A stretch of 64,000 nt of DNA from Eledone cirrhosa (GCA_964016885.1 OZ024741.1:256990001-257054000), one strand, 5' to 3'. Positions 38,501 to 53,869 are shown, counted from the first letter of the stretch. The notes: generated from the sequence alone by a model not told the origin. Translations and numbers: made by a program.

Positions 38501-41500
38501 GACCTACGAGTGTTCTAATTTACGGATGTTTCGACATACGAGTGTTTTGACTTACGAGTGTTTCGACTTATGAGTGTTTCGACTTACGAGTGTTTCGGCT
38601 TACGAGTGGTTTGACTTACGAGTGTTCTGACTACGAGTGTTTTGACTTACGAGTGTTTCGGCTTATGAGTGTTTCGACTTACGTGTGTTTCGGTTTACGA
38701 GTGTCTCGACTTACGAGTGTTTCGACTTACGGGTGTTTCGACTTACGAGTGTTTCGACTACGAGTGTTTCGACTTACGAGTGTTTCGGCTTACGAGTGTT
38801 TCGACATACGGGTGTTTCGACTTACGATGTTTCGGCTTACGAGTGTTTCGACTTACGAGTATTCTGACTTACGGGTGTTTCGACTTATGGGTGTTTCGAC
38901 TTAAGAGTGTTTCGACTTACGAGCGCTTCGACTTACGAGTGTTCTGACTTACGAGTGTTCCGACTTACGAGTGTTTCGGCTTACGAGTGTTTCGACTTAC
39001 GAGTGTTCCGGCTTACGCGTGTTTCGACTTACGAGTGTTTCGGCTTATGAGTGTTTCGACTTACGAGTGCTTCGGCTTACGAGTGTTTCGACTTACGAGT
39101 GTTTCGGCTTACGAGAGTTTCGACTTACGAATGTTTTGGCTTACGAGTGTTTCGGCTTACGAGTGTTTCGACTTACGGGTGTTTCGACTTACGGGTGTTC
39201 CGACTTAAGAGTGATTCGACTTACGGGCGCTTCGACTTACGAGTGTTCCGACTTACGAGTGTTTCTGCTTACGAGTGTTTCGACTTACGAATGTTTCGAC
39301 TTACGAGTGTTTCGGCTTACGAGTGTTTCGACTTACTAATGTTTTTACTTACGAGTGTTTCGGCGTACGAGTGTTTCGACTTACGAGTGTTTCGGCTTAC
39401 GAGTGTTTCGACTTACGAGTGTTTTTACTTAAGGGTGTTTCGACTTACGAGTATTTTTGGCTTACGAGTGTTTCGACTTACGAGTGTTTTGACTTACGAG
39501 TGTTCTGATTTACGAATGTTTCGACATACGAGTGTTTTGACTTACGATGTTTCGACTTACGAGTGTTTCGACTTACGAGTGTTCTGACTTACGAGTGTTC
39601 TGACTTACGAGTGTTCCGGCTTACGAGTTTTTCGACTTACGAGTGTTTCGACTTACGAGTGTTTCGACTTACGAGTGTTTCGGCTTACGAGTGGTTTGAC
39701 TTACGAGTGTTCTGATTTACGAATGTTTCGACATACGAGTGTTTTGACTTACGATGTTTCGACTTACGAGTGTTTCGACTTACGAGTGTTCTGACTTACG
39801 AGTGTTCTGACTTACGAGTGTTCCGGCTTACGAGTTTTTCGACTTACGAGTGTTTCGACTTACGAGTGTTTCGACTTACGAGTGTTTCGGCTTACGAGTG
39901 GTTTGACTTACGAGTGTTCTGACTACGAGTGTTCTGACTTACGAGTGTTTCGGCTTATGAGTGTTTCGACTTACGAGTGTTTCGGTTTATGAGTGTTTCG
40001 ACTTACGAGTGTTTCGGCTTACGAGTGTTTCGACTTACGAATGTTTCGACTTACGGGTGTTTCGACTTACGAGTGTTTCGTCTACGAGTGTTTCGACTTA
40101 CGAGTGTTTCGGCTTACGAGTGTTTCGACATACGGGTGTTTCGACTTACGGTGTTTCGGCTTACGAGTGTTTCGACTTACGAGTGTTTTGACTTACGAGT
40201 GTTCTGACTTACGAGTGTTCCGACTTACGAGTGTTCCGACTTACGAGTGTTTCGGCTTACGAGTGTTTCGGCTTACGAGTGTTTCGGCTTACGAGTGTTT
40301 TGACTTACGAGTGTTCTGACTACGAGTGTTCTGACTTACGGGTGTTCTGACTTACGGTGTTCCGACTTACGAGTGTTTCGGCTAATGAGTGTTTCGACTT
40401 ACGGGCGTTTCGACTTACGGGTGTTTCGAATTACGAGTGTTTTGACTTACGAGTGTTCTGACTTACGAGTGTTTTGACTTACGAGTGTTCCGACTTACGA
40501 GTGTTTCGGCTTACGGGTGTTTCGACGTACGAGTATTTTTGGCTTACGAGTGTTTCGAGTTACGAGTGTTTTGAATTACGATTGTTTCGGCTTACGAGTG
40601 TTTCGACTTACGAGTATTTCGACTTACGAGTTTTTTTACTTACGGTGTTTCGGCTTACGAGTGTTTCGACTTACGAGTGTTTCGACTTACGGGTGTTTTG
40701 ACATACGAGTGTTTCGATATGAGTGCTCTGACTTACGAGTGTTCTGACTTATGAGTGTTCTGACTTACGAGTGTTCTGACTTACGGGTGTTCTGACTTAC
40801 GTGTGTTCCGACTTACGAGTGTTTCAGCTATGGGTGTTTCGACTTACGAGTGTTTCGACTTACGAATGTTTTGGCTTACGAGTGTTTCGGCTTATGGGTG
40901 TTTCGACTTACGAGTGTTTCGACTTACGAGTGTTTTGACTTACGGTGTTTCGGCTTACAAGTTATTCGACATACGAGTGTTTCGACTTACGGGTGTTTCG
41001 ACTTACGGGTGTTTCGACTTACGAGTGTTTCGACTTACGAGTGTTCTGACTTACGAGTGTTCTGACTTACGAGTGTTCTGACTTACGAGTGTTCCGACTT
41101 ACGAGTGTTCCGACTTACGAGTGTTTTGACTTACGAGTGTTCTGACTTACGAGTGTTCTGACTTACGAGTGTTCCGACTTACGAGTGTTCCGACTTACGA
41201 GTGTTTCGGCTTACGAGTGTTTCGGCTTACTAATGTTTTTACTTACGAGTGTTTCGGTGTACGAGTGTTTCGACTTAAGGATGTTTCGACTTACGAGTGT
41301 TTCGACTTACGAGTGTTTCGACTTACGAGTGTTTTGGCTTACGAATGTTTTTACTTACGGGTGTTTCGACTTACGGGTGTTTCGGCTTACGAGTGTTTCG
41401 ACTTACGAGTGTTTTGACTTACGAGTGTTCTGACTTACGAGTGTTCCGACTTACGAGTGTTCCGACTTACGAGTGTTTCGGCTTACGAGTGTTTCGGCTT

Positions 41501-42416
41501 ACGAGTGTTTCGGCTTACGAGTGTTTTGACTTACGAGTGTTCTGACTACGAGTGTTCTGACTTACGGGTGTTCTGACTTACGAGTGTTCCGACTTACGAG
41601 TGTTTCGGCTAATGAGTGTTTCGACTTACGGGCGTTTCGACTTACGGGTGTTTCGACTTACGAGTGTTTTGACTTATGAGTGTTCAGACTTACGAGTGTT
41701 CTGACTTACGAGTGTTCCGACTTACGACTGTTTCGACTTACGAGTGTTTTGACTTACGAGTGTTCCGACTTACGATTGTTTCGGCTTACGGGTGTTTCGA
41801 CGTACGAGTATTTTTGGCTTACGAGTGTTTCGACTTACGAGTGTTTTGAATTACGATTGTTTCGGCTTACGAGTGTTTCGACTTACGAGTATTTCGACGT
41901 ACGAGTTTTTTTTCCTTACGGTGTTTCGGCTTACGAGTGTTTCGACTTATGAGTGTTTCGACTTACGAGTGTTCTGACTTACGAGTGTTCTGACTTGCGA
42001 GTGTTCCGACTTACGAGTGTTTCGGCTTACGAGTGTTTCGACATACGAGTGTTTTGACTTACGGATGTTTCGACTTACGGGTGTTTCGACTTACGAGTGT
42101 TTCGACTTACGAGTGTTCTGACTACGAGTGTTCTGACTTACGGGTGTTTCGACTTACGAGTGTTCCGACCTACGAGGGTTTCAGCTTACGGGTGTTCCGG
42201 CTTATGAGTATTTTCGGCTTACGTGTGTTTCGACTTACGAGTGTTTTGACTTACGATTGTTTCGGCTTACGAGTGTTTCGACTTACGAGTGTTTCTACTT
42301 ACGAGTGTTTTGACTTACGATTGTTTCGGCTTACGAGTGTTTCGACTTACGAGTGTTCTGACTTACGAGTGTTCTGACTTACGAGTGTTCTGACTTACGA
42401 GTGTTTCGACTTACGA

Positions 42417-42485
42417 AAATAACAAATAGACGCGGTTTCAAATCTGTATGCTTTTCAAGTTCATTACATTAATCTTTATTTATAC
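42417..42485. repeat. AT-rich island, subtype C
   Basis: Same sequence as the 13455 copy. Confidence 0.97.
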
Positions 42486-44395
42486 GTTTCGCTTTACGAA
42501 TGTTTCGACTTACGAGTGTTTCGACTTACGAGTGTTTCGACTTACGGGTGTTTCGACTTACGAGTGTTTCGACATACGAGTGTTCTGACTACGAGTGTTC
42601 TGACTTACGGGTGCTCTGACTTACGAGTGTTTCGACTTACGAGTGTTTCGACTTACGAGTGTTTCGACTTACGAGTGTTTCGGCTTACGAGTGTTTCGAC
42701 TTACTAATGTTTTTACTTACGAGTGTTTCGGTGTACGAGTGTTTCGACTTAAGGATGTTTCGACTTACGAGTGTTTCGACTTACGAGTGTTTTGGCTTAC
42801 GTGAGTTTCGACTTAAGAGTGTTCTGATTTACGAGTGTTCTGACTTGCGGGTGTTCTGATTTACGAGTGTTCCGACTTACGAGTGTTTCGGCTTATGAGT
42901 GTTTCGACTTACGAGTGTTTCGGCTTACGAGTGTTTCGACTTATGGGCGTTTCGACTTACGAGTGTTTTTACTTACGGTGTTTCGGCTTACGAGTGCTTC
43001 GACATACGAGTGTTTTGACTTACGTGTGTTTCGACTTACGAGTGTTTTGACTTACGAATGTTTTGACTTACGAGTGTTTCGGCGTACGAGAGTTTTGACT
43101 TACGAGTGTTTCTACTTACGAGTGTTTCGACTTACGAGTGTATTGACTTACGAATGTTTTGACTTACGGGTGTTTCGGCTTACGAGTGTTTCGACTTACG
43201 AGTCTTTCGGCTTACGAGTGTTTCGACTTACTAATGTTTTTACTTACGAGTGTTTCGGCGTACGAGTGTTTCGACTTACGAGTGTTTCGGCTTACGAGTG
43301 TTTCGACTTACTAATGTTTTTACTTACGAGTGTTTCGGCGTACGAGTGTTTCGACTTACGAGTGTTTTTACTTAAGGGTGTTTCGACTTACGTGTATTTT
43401 TGGCTTACGAGTGTTTCGACTTACGAGTGTTTTGACTTACGAGTGTTCTGATTTACGGATGTTTCGACATACGAGTGTTTTGACTTACGATGTTTCGACT
43501 TACGAGTGTTTCGACTTACGAGTGTTTCGACTTACGGGTGTTTCGACTTACGAGTGTTTCAACTTACGAGTGTTTCGACTTACGGGTGTTTCGGCTTACG
43601 AGTGTTTCGACTTACGAGTGTTCTGACTTACGAGTGTTCTGACTTACGAGTGTTCCGGCTTACGAGTTTTTCGACTTACGAGTGTTTCGACTTACGAGTG
43701 TTTCGACTTACGAGTGTTTCGGCTTACGAGTGGTTTGACTTACGAGTGTTCTTACTACGAGTGTTCTGACTTACGAATGTTTCGGCTTATGAGTGTTTCG
43801 ACTTACGAGTGTTTCGGTTTATGAGTGTTTCGACTTACGAGTGTTTCGGCTTACGAGTGTTTGGACTTACCAGTGTTTCGACTTACGGGTGTTTCGACTT
43901 ACGAGTGTTTCGTCTACGAGTGTTTCGGCTTACGAGTGTTTCGACATACGGGTGTTTCGACTTACGGTGTTTCGGCTTACGAGTGTTTCGACTTACGAGT
44001 GTTCTGACTTACGAGTGTTCTGACTTATGAGTGTTCTGACTTACGAGTGTTCCGACTTACGAGTGTTTCGGCTTACGAGTGTTTCGACTTACGAGTGTTT
44101 CGACTTACGAGTGTTTCGACTTATGAGTGTTTTGACTTACGGTGTTTCGGCTTACGAGTGTTTCGACTTACGAGTGTTTTGACTTACTGGTGTTTTGACA
44201 TACGAGTGTTTCGATACGAGTGTTTCGACTTACGAGTGTTCTGACTTACGAGTGTTCTGACTTACGAGTGTTCTGACTTACGAGTGTTCTAACTTACGAG
44301 TGTTCTGACTTACGAGTGTTCTGACTTACGAGTGTTCCGACTTACGAGTGTTTCGGCTCACGAGTGTTTCGGCTTACGAGTGTTTCGACTTACGA

Positions 44396-44464
44396 AAATA
44401 ACAAATAGACGCGGTTTCAAATCCCTATGCTTTTCAAATTCAGTACATTAATCTTTATTCATAC
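44396..44464. repeat. AT-rich island, subtype A
   Basis: Same sequence as the 961 copy. Confidence 0.97.
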
Positions 44465-46808
44465 GTTTCGCTTTACGAGTGTTTCGACTTACGAGTGTTT
44501 CGACTTACGAGTGTTTCGGCTTACGAGTGTTTTGACTTACGAGTGTTTTGACTTACATGTGTTTCGACTTACGCGTGTTTCGACTTACGAGTGTTTCGAC
44601 TTGCGAGTGTTTCGACTACGAGTGTTTCGACTTACGAATGTTTTGACTTACGGATGTTTTGACTTACGGGTGTTTCGGCTTACGAGTGTTTCGACTTACG
44701 AGTGTTCTGACTTACGAGTGTTCTGACTTACGAGTGTTCTGACTTACGAGTGTTCCGACTTACGAGTGTTTCGACTTAAGAGTGTTTCGGATTACGAGTG
44801 CTTCGACTTACGAGTGTTTCGGCTTACGAGTGTTTCGACTTACTAATGTTTTTACTTACGAGTGTTTCGGCGTACGAGTGTTTCCACTTACGAGTGTTTC
44901 GACTTACGGGTGTTTTGACTTACGGGTGTTTCGGCTTACGAGTGTTTCGACTTACGAGTGTTTTGACTTAAGGGTGTTTCGACTTACGAGTATTTTTGGC
45001 TTACGAGTGTTTCGACTTACGAGTGTTTTGACTTACGAGTGTTCTAATTTACAGATGTTTCGACATACGAGTGTTTTGACTTACGAGTGTTTCGACTTAT
45101 GAGTGTTTCGACTTACGAGTGTTTCGGCTTACGAGTGGTTTGACTTACGAGTGTTCTGACTACGAGTGTTTTGACTTACGAGTGTTTCGGCTTATGAGTG
45201 TTTCGACTTACGAGTGTTTCGGTTTACGAGTGTTTCGACTTACGAATGTTTCGACTTACGAGTGTTTCGACTTACGAGTGATTCGACCACGAGTGTTTCG
45301 ACTTACGAGTGTTTCGGCTTACGAGTGTTTCGACATACGGGTGTTTCGACTTACGATGTTTCGGCTTACGAGTGTTTCGACTTACGAGTGTTCTGACTTA
45401 CGGGTGTTTCGACTTACTGGTGTTTCGACTTAAGAGTGTTTCGACTTACGAGCGCTTCGACTTACGAGTGTTCTGACTTACGAGTGTTCCGACTTACGAG
45501 TGTTTCGGCTTACGAGTGTTTCGGCTTACTAATGTTTTTACTTACGAGTGTTTCGGTGTACGAGTGTTTCGACTTAAGGATGTTTCGACTTACGAGTGTT
45601 TCGACTTACGAGTGTTTCGACTTACGAGTGTTTCGACTTACGAGTGTTTCGACTTACGAGTTTTTTGGCTTACGAAGGTTTTGACTTACGGGTGTTTCGA
45701 CTTACGGGTGTTTCGGCTTACGAGTGTTTCGACTTACGAGTGTTTTGACTTACGAGTGTTCTGACTTACGAGTGTTCCGACTTACGAGTGTTCCGACTTA
45801 CGAGTGTTTCGGCTTAAGAGTGTTTCGGCTTACGAATGTTTCGGCTTACGAGTGTTTTGACTTACGAGTGTTCTGACTACGAGTGTTCTGACTTACGGGT
45901 GTTCTGACTTACGAGTGTTCCGACTTACGAGAGTTTCGGCTAATGAGTGTTTCGACTTACGGGCGTTTCGACTTACGGGTGTTTCGACTTACGAGTGTTT
46001 TGACTTACGAGTGTTCTGACTTACGAGTGTTCTGACTTACGAGTGTTCCGACTTACGACTGTTTCGACTTACGAGTGTTTTGACTTACGAGTGTTCCGAC
46101 TTACGATTGTTTCGGCTTACGGGTGTTTCGACGTACGAGTATTTTTGGCTTACGAGTGTTTCGACTTACGAGTGTTTTGAATTACGATTGTTTCGGCTTA
46201 CGAGTGTTTCGACTTACGAGTATTTCGACTTACGAGTTTTTTTACTTACGGTGTTTCGGCTTACGAGTGTTTCGACTTATGAGTGTTTCGACTTACGAGT
46301 GTTCTGACTTACGAGTGTTCTGACTTGCGAGTGTTCCGACTTACGAGTGTTTCGGCTTACGAGTGTTTCGACATACGAGTGTTTTGACTTACGGATGTTT
46401 CGACTTACGGGTGTTTCGACTTACGAGTGTTTCGACTTACGAGTGTTCTGACTGCGAGTGTTCTGACTTACGGGTGTTTCGACTTACGTGTGTTTCGACT
46501 TACGAGTGTTCCGACCTACGAGGTTTTCAGCTTACGGGTGTTCCGGCTTATGAGTATTTTCGGCTTACGTGTGTTTCGACTTACGAGTGTTTTGACTTAC
46601 GATTGTTTCGGCTTACGAGTGTTTCGACTTACGAGTGTTTCGACTTACGAGTGTTTTGACTTACGGGTGTTTTGACATACGAGTGTTTCGACACGAGTGT
46701 TCTGACTTAAGAGTGTTCTGACTTACGAGTGTTCTGACTTACGAGTGTTCTGACTTACGAGTGTTCTGACTTACGAGTGTTCTGACTTACGAGTGTTTCG
46801 ACTTACGA

Positions 46809-46877
46809 AAATAACAAATAGACGCGGTTTCAAATCTCTATGCTTTTCAAGTTCATTACATTAATCTTTATTTATAC
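46809..46877. repeat. AT-rich island, subtype B
   Basis: Same sequence as the 3374 copy. Confidence 0.97.
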
Positions 46878-49800
46878 GTTTCGCTTTACGAATGTTTCGA
46901 CTTACGAGTGTTTCGACTTACGAGTGTTTCCACTTACGAGTGTTCTGACTTACGAGTGTTCTGACTTACGAGTGTTCCGACTTACGAGTGTTTCGACTTA
47001 CGAGTGTTTTGGCTTACGAGTGTTTTGACTTAAGGGTGTTTCGACTTACGAGTGTTTCGATACGAGTGTTTCGACTTACGAGTGTTTCGGCTTACGAGTG
47101 TTTCGACTTACGAGTGTTTCGACTTACGAGTGTTCTGATTTACGGATGTTTCGACATACGAGTGTTTCGACTTACGATTGTTTCGACTTACGAGTGTTTT
47201 GACATACGGGTGTTTTGACATACGAGTGTTTCGATACGAGTGTTTCGACTTACGAGTGTTCTGACTTACGAGTGTTCTGACTTACGAGTGTTCTGACTTA
47301 CGAGTGTTCTGACTTACGAGTGTTCCGACTTACGAGTGTTCCGACTTACGAGTGTTCTGACTTACGAGTGTTCTGACTTACGAGTGTTCCGGCTTACGAG
47401 TTTTTCGACTTACGAGTGTTTCGACTTACGAGTGTTTCGGCTTACAAGTGTTTCGGCTTACGAGTGGTTTGACTTACGAGTGTTCTGACTACGAGTGTTC
47501 TGTCTTACGAGTGTTTCGACTTACGAGTGTTTCGGCTTATGAGTGTTTCGACTTACGAGTGTTTCGGCTTACGAGTGTTTCGACTTACGAGTGTTTCGAC
47601 TTACGGGTGTTTCGACTTACGAGTGTTTCGACTACGAATGTTTCGACTTACGAGTGTTTCGGCTTACGAGTGTTTCGACTTATGGGTGTTTCGACTTACG
47701 AGTGTTTTTACTTACGGTGTTTCGGCATACGAGTGTTTCGACATACGAGTGTTTTGACTTACGGGTGTTTCGACTTACGAGTGTTTCAACTTACGAATGT
47801 TTTGACTTACGGGTGTTTCGGCTTACGAGTGTTTCAATTTATGAGTGTTTCGGCTTACGAGTGTTTCGACTTACTAATGTTTTTACTTACGAGTGTTTCG
47901 GCGTACGAGAGTTTTGACTTACGAGTGTTTCTACTTACGAGTGTTTCGACTTACGAGTGTTTTGACTTACGAATGTTTTGACTTACGGGTGTTTCGGCTT
48001 ACGAGTGTTTCGACTTACGAGTCTTTCGGCTTACGAGTGTTTCTACTTACTAATGTTTTTACTTACGAGTGTTTCGGCGTACGAGTGTTTCGACTTACGA
48101 GTGTTTCGACTTACGGGTGTTTTGACTTACGGGTGTTTCGGCTTACGAGTGTTTCGACTTACGAGTGTTTTGACTTAAGGGTGTTTCGACTTACGAGTAT
48201 TTTTGGCTTACGAGTGTTTCGACTTACGAGTGTTTTGACTTACGAGTGTTCTAATTTACGGATGTTTCGACATACGAGTGTTTTGACTTACGAGTGTTTC
48301 GACTTATGAGTGTTTCGACTTACGAGTGTTTCGGCTTACGAGTGGTTTGACTTACGAGTGTTCTGACTACGGGTGTTTTGACTTACGAGTTTTTCGGCTT
48401 ATGAGTGTTTCGACTTACGAGTGTTTCGGCTTATGAGTGTTTCGACTTACGTGTGTTTCGGTTTACGAGTGTTTCGACTTACGAGTGTTTCGACTTACGG
48501 GTGTTTCGACTTACGAGTGTTTCGACTACGAGTGTTTCGACTTACGAGTGTTTCGGCTTATGAGTGTTTCGACATACGGGTGTTTCGTCTTACGATGTTT
48601 CGGCTTACGAGTGTTTCGACTTACGAGTATTCTGACTTACGGGTGTTTCGACTTACGGGTGTTTCGACTTAAGAGTGTTTCGACTTACGAGCGCTTCGAC
48701 TTACGAGTGTTCTGACTTACGAGTGTTCCGACTTACGAGTGTTTCGGCTTACGAGTGTTTCGACTTACGAGTGTTCCGGCTTACGCGTGTTTCGACTTAC
48801 GAGTGTTTCGGCTTATGAGTGTTTCGACTTACGAGTGCTTCGGCTTACGAGTGTTTCGACTTACGAGTGTTTCGGCTTACGAGAGTTTCGACTTACGAAT
48901 GTTTTGGCTTACGAGTGTTTCGGCTTACGAGTGTTTCGACTTACGGGTGTTTCGACTTACGGGTGTTCCGACTTAAGAGTGATTCGACTTACGAGCGCTT
49001 CGACTTACGAGTGTTCCGACTTACGAGTGTTTCTGCTTACGAGTGTTTCGACTTACGAGTGTTTCGGCTTACAAGTGTTTCGGCTTACGAGTGGTTTGAC
49101 TTACGAGTGTTCTGACTACGAGTGTTCTGTCTTACGAGTGTTTCGACTTACGAGTGTTTCGGCTTATGAGTGTTTCGACTCACGAGTGTTTCGGCTTACG
49201 AATGTTTCGACTTACGAGTGCTTCGACTTACGGGTGTTTCGACTTACGAGTGTTTCGACTACGAATGTTTCGACTTACGAGTGTTTCGGCTTACGAGTGT
49301 TTCGACTTATGGGTGTTTCGACTTACGAGTGTTTTTACTTACGGTGTTTCGGCTTACGAGTGTTTCGACATACGAGTGTTTTGACTTACGGGTGTTTCGA
49401 CTTACGAGTGTTTCGACTTACGAATGTTTTGACTTACGGGTGTTTCGGCTTACGATTGTTTCGATTTATGAGTGTTTCGGCTTATGAGTGTTTCGACTTA
49501 CTAATGTTTTTACTTACGAGTGTTTCGGCGTACGAGAGTTTTGACTTACGAGTGTTTCTACTTACGAGTGTTTCGACTTACGAGTGTTTTGACTTACGAA
49601 TGTTTTGACTTACGGGTGTTTCGGCTTACGAGTGTTTCGACTTACGAGTCTTTCGGCTTACGAGTGTTTCGACTTACTAATGTTTTTACTTACGAGTGTT
49701 TCGGCGTACGAGTGTTTCGACTTACGAGTGTTTCGACTTACGGGTGTTTTGACTTACGGGTGTTTCGGCTTACGAGTGTTTCGACTTACGAGTGTTTTGA

Positions 49801-50349
49801 CTTAAGGGTGTTTCGACTTACGAGTATTTTTGGCTTACGAGTGTTTCGACTTACGAGTGTTTTGACTTACGAGTGTTCTAATTTACGGATGTTTCGACAT
49901 ACGAGTGTTTTGACTTACGAGTGTTTCGACTTATGAGTGTTTCGACTTACGAGTGTTTCGGCTTACGAGTGGTTTGACTTACGAGTGTTCTGACTACGAG
50001 TGTTTTGACTTACGAGTGTTTCGGCTTATGAGTGTTTCGACTTACGAGTGTTTCGGCTTATGAGTGTTTCGACTTACGTGTGTTTCGGTTTACGAGTGTT
50101 TCGACTTACGAGTGTTTCGACTTACGGGTGTTTCGACTTACGAGTGTTTCGACTACGAGTGTTTCGACTTACGAGTGTTTCGGCTTACGAGTGTTTCGAC
50201 ATACGGGTGTTTCGACTTACGATGTTTCGGCTTACGAGTGTTTCGACTTACGAGTATTCTGACTTACGGGTGTTTCGACTTATGGGTGTTTCGACTTAAG
50301 AGTGTTTCGACTTACGAGCGCTTCGACTTACGAGTGTTTCGACTTACGA

Positions 50350-50860
50350 GTGTTCCGGCTTACGAGTGTTTCGGCTTACGAGTGTTTCGACTTACGAGTG
50401 TTCCGGCTTACGCGTGTTTCGACTTACGAGTGTTTCGGCTTATGAGTGTTTCGACTTACGAGTGCTTCGGCTTACGAGTGTTTCGACTTACGAGTGTTTC
50501 GGCTTACGAGAGTTTCGACTTACGAATGTTTTGGCTTACGAGTGTTTCGGCTTACGAGTGTTTCGACTTACGGGTGTTTCGACTTACGGGTGTTCCGACT
50601 TAAGAGTGATTGGACTTACGGGCGCTTCGACTTACGAGTGTTCCGACTTACGAGTGTTCCGGCTTACGAGTGTTTCGGCTTACGAGTATTTCGACTTACG
50701 AGTGTTCCGGCTTACGCGTGTTTCGACTTACGAGTGTTTCGGCTTATGAGTGTTTCGACTTACGAGTGCTTCGGCTTACGAGTGTTTCGACTTACGAGTG
50801 TTTCGGCTTACGAGAGTTTCGACTTACGAATGTTTTGGCTTACGAGTGTTTCGGCTTACG
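50350..50860 (+). repeat. 304-bp-offset (19-monomer) partial local duplication specific to the short HORs (also ~58130-58620)
   Basis: The string TTCCGGCTTACGCGTG...GTGCTTCGG...GAGAGTTTC starts at 50401 and again at 50705. Confidence 0.8.
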
Positions 50861-51805
50861 AGTGTTTCGGCTTACGAGTGTTTCGGCTTACGAGTGTTTC
50901 GGCTTACGAGTGTTTTGACTTACGAGTGTTCTGACTACGAGTGTTCTGACTTACGGGTGTTCTGACTTACGAGTGTTCCGACTTACGAGTGTTTCGGCTA
51001 ATGAGTGTTTCGACTTACGGGCGTTTCGACTTACGGGTGTTTCGACTTACGAGTGTTTTGACTTATGAGTGTTCAGACTTACGAGTGTTCTGACTTACGA
51101 GTGTTCCGACTTACGACTGTTTCGACTTACGAGTGTTTTGACTTACGAGTGTTCCGACTTACGATTGTTTCGGCTTACGGGTGTTTCGACGTACGAGTAT
51201 TTTTGGCTTACGAGTGTTTCGACTTACGAGTGTTTTGAATTACGATTGTTTCGGCTTACGAGTGTTTCGACTTACGAGTATTTCGACGTACGAGTTTTTT
51301 TTCCTTACGGTGTTTCGGCTTACGAGTGTTTCGACTTATGAGTGTTTCGACTTACGAGTGTTCTGACTTACGAGTGTTCTGACTTGCGAGTGTTCCGACT
51401 TACGAGTGTTTCGGCTTACGAGTGTTTCGACATACGAGTGTTTTGACTTACGGATGTTTCGACTTACGGGTGTTTCGACTTACGAGTGTTTCGACTTACG
51501 AGTGTTCTGACTACGAGTGTTCTGACTTACGGGTGTTTCGACTTACGAGTGTTCCGACCTACGAGGGTTTCAGCTTACGGGTGTTCCGGCTTATGAGTAT
51601 TTTCGGCTTACGTGTGTTTCGACTTACGAGTGTTTTGACTTACGATTGTTTCGGCTTACGAGTGTTTCGACTTACGAGTGTTTCGACTTACGAGTGTTTT
51701 GACTTACGATTGTTTCGGCTTACGAGTGTTTCGACTTACGAGTGTTCTGACTTACGAGTGTTCTGACTTACGAGTGTTCTGACTTACGAGTGTTTCGACT
51801 TACGA

Positions 51806-51874
51806 AAATAACAAATAGACGCGGTTTCAAATCTGTATGCTTTTCAAGTTCATTACATTAATCTTTATTTATAC
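51806..51874. repeat. AT-rich island, subtype C
   Basis: Same sequence as the 13455 copy. Confidence 0.97.
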
Positions 51875-53800
51875 GTTTCGCTTTACGAATGTTTCGACTT
51901 ACGAGTGTTTCGACTTACGAGTGTTTCGACTTACGGGTGTTTCGACTTACGAGTGTTTCGACATACGAGTGTTCTGACTACGAGTGTTCTGACTTACGGG
52001 TGCTCTGACTTACGAGTGTTTCGACTTACGAGTGTTTCGACTTACGAGTGTTTCGACTTACGAGTGTTTCGGCTTACGAGTGTTTCGACTTACTAATGTT
52101 TTTACTTACGAGTGTTTCGGTGTACGAGTGTTTCGACTTAAGGATGTTTCGACTTACGAGTGTTTCGACTTACGAGTGTTTTGGCTTACGTGAGTTTCGA
52201 CTTAAGAGTGTTCTGATTTACGAGTGTTCTGACTTGCGGGTGTTCTGATTTACGAGTGTTCCGACTTACGAGTGTTTCGGCTTATGAGTGTTTCGACTTA
52301 CGAGTGTTTCGGCTTACGAGTGTTTCGACTTATGGGCGTTTCGACTTACGAGTGTTTTTACTTGCGGTGTTTCGGCTTACGAGTGCTTCGACATACGAGT
52401 GTTTTGACTTACGTGTGTTTCGACTTACGAGTGTTTTGACTTACGAATGTTTTGACTTACGAGTGTTTCGGCGTACGAGAGTTTTGACTTACGAGTGTTT
52501 CTACTTACGAGTGTTTCGACTTACGAGTGTTTTGACTTACGAATGTTTTGACTTACGGGTGTTTCGGCTTACGAGTGTTTCGACTTACGAGTCTTTCGGC
52601 TTACGAGTGTTTCGACTTACTAATGTTTTTACTTACGAGTGTTTCGGCGTACGAGTGTTTCGACTTACGAGTGTTTCGGCTTACGAGTGTTTCGACTTAC
52701 TAATGTTTTTACTTACGAGTGTTTCGGCGTACGAGTGTTTCGACTTACGAGTGTTTTTACTTAAGGGTGTTTCGACTTACGTGTATTTTTGGCTTACGAG
52801 TGTTTCGACTTACGAGTGTTTTGACTTACGAGTGTTCTGATTTACGGATGTTTCGACATACGAGTGTTTTGACTTACGATGTTTCGACTTACGAGTGTTT
52901 CGACTTACGAGTGTTTCGACTTACGGGTGTTTCGACTTACGAGTGTTTCAACTTACGAGTGTTTCGACTTACGAATGTTTCGACTTACGGGTGTTTCGGC
53001 TTACGAGTGTTTCGACTTACGAGTGTTCTGACTTACGAGTGTTCTGACTTACGAGTGTTCCGGCTTACGAGTTTTTCGACTTACGAGTGTTTCGACTTAC
53101 GAGTGTTTCGACTTACGAGTGTTTCGGCTTACGAGTGGTTTGACTTACGAGTGTTCTGACTACGAGTGTTCTGACTTACGAATGTTTCGGCTTATGAGTG
53201 TTTCGACTTACGAGTGTTTCGGTTTATGAGTGTTTCGACTTACGAGTGTTTCGGCTTACGAGTGTTTGGACTTACGAGTGTTTCGACTTACGGGTGTTTC
53301 GACTTACGAGTGTTTCGTCTACGAGTGTTTCGGCTTACGAGTGTTTCGACATACGGGTGATTCGACTTACGGTGTTTCGGCTTACGAGTGTTTCGACTTA
53401 CGAGTGTTCTGACTTACGAGTGTTCTGACTTATGAGTGTTCTGACTTACGAGTGTTCCGACTTACGAGTGTTTCGGCTTACGAGTGTTTCGACTTACGAG
53501 TGTTTCGACTTACGAGTGTTTCGACTTATGAGTGTTTTGACTTACGGTGTTTCGGCTTACGAGTGTTTCGACTTACGAGTGTTTTGACTTACTGGTGTTT
53601 TGACATACGAGTGTTTCGATACGAGTGTTTCGACTTACGAGTGTTCTGACTTACGAGTGTTCTGACTTACGAGTGTTCTGACTTACGAGTGTTCTAACTT
53701 AAGAGTGTTCTGACTTACGAGTGTTCTGACTTACGAGTGTTCCGACTTACGAGTGTTTCGGCTCACGAGTGTTTCGGCTTACGAGTGTTTCGACTTACGA

Positions 53801-53869
53801 AAATAACAAATAGACGCGGTTTCAAATCTCTATGCTTTTCAAATTCAGTACATTAATCTTTATTCATAC
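53801..53869. repeat. AT-rich island, subtype A' (A with AATCTCTATG)
   Basis: Has the A-type 3' half (AAATTCAGT, ATTCAT) but TCTC in place of TCCC. Confidence 0.97.

Larger units (their letters stand above)
29939..44395 (+). repeat. HOR unit 3, 14,457 bp (A-B-B-C)
   Basis: Spacings are 2413/3095/6970/1979. The net -32 bp comes from whole-monomer indels near 38660 (-32), 40750 (+16) and 43570 (-16). Confidence 0.95.
44396..53800 (+). repeat. HOR unit 4, 9,405 bp (A-B-C)
   Basis: Spacings are 2413/4997/1995. It lacks the 3,095-bp duplication and about 2 kb of the B-C interval. Confidence 0.94.
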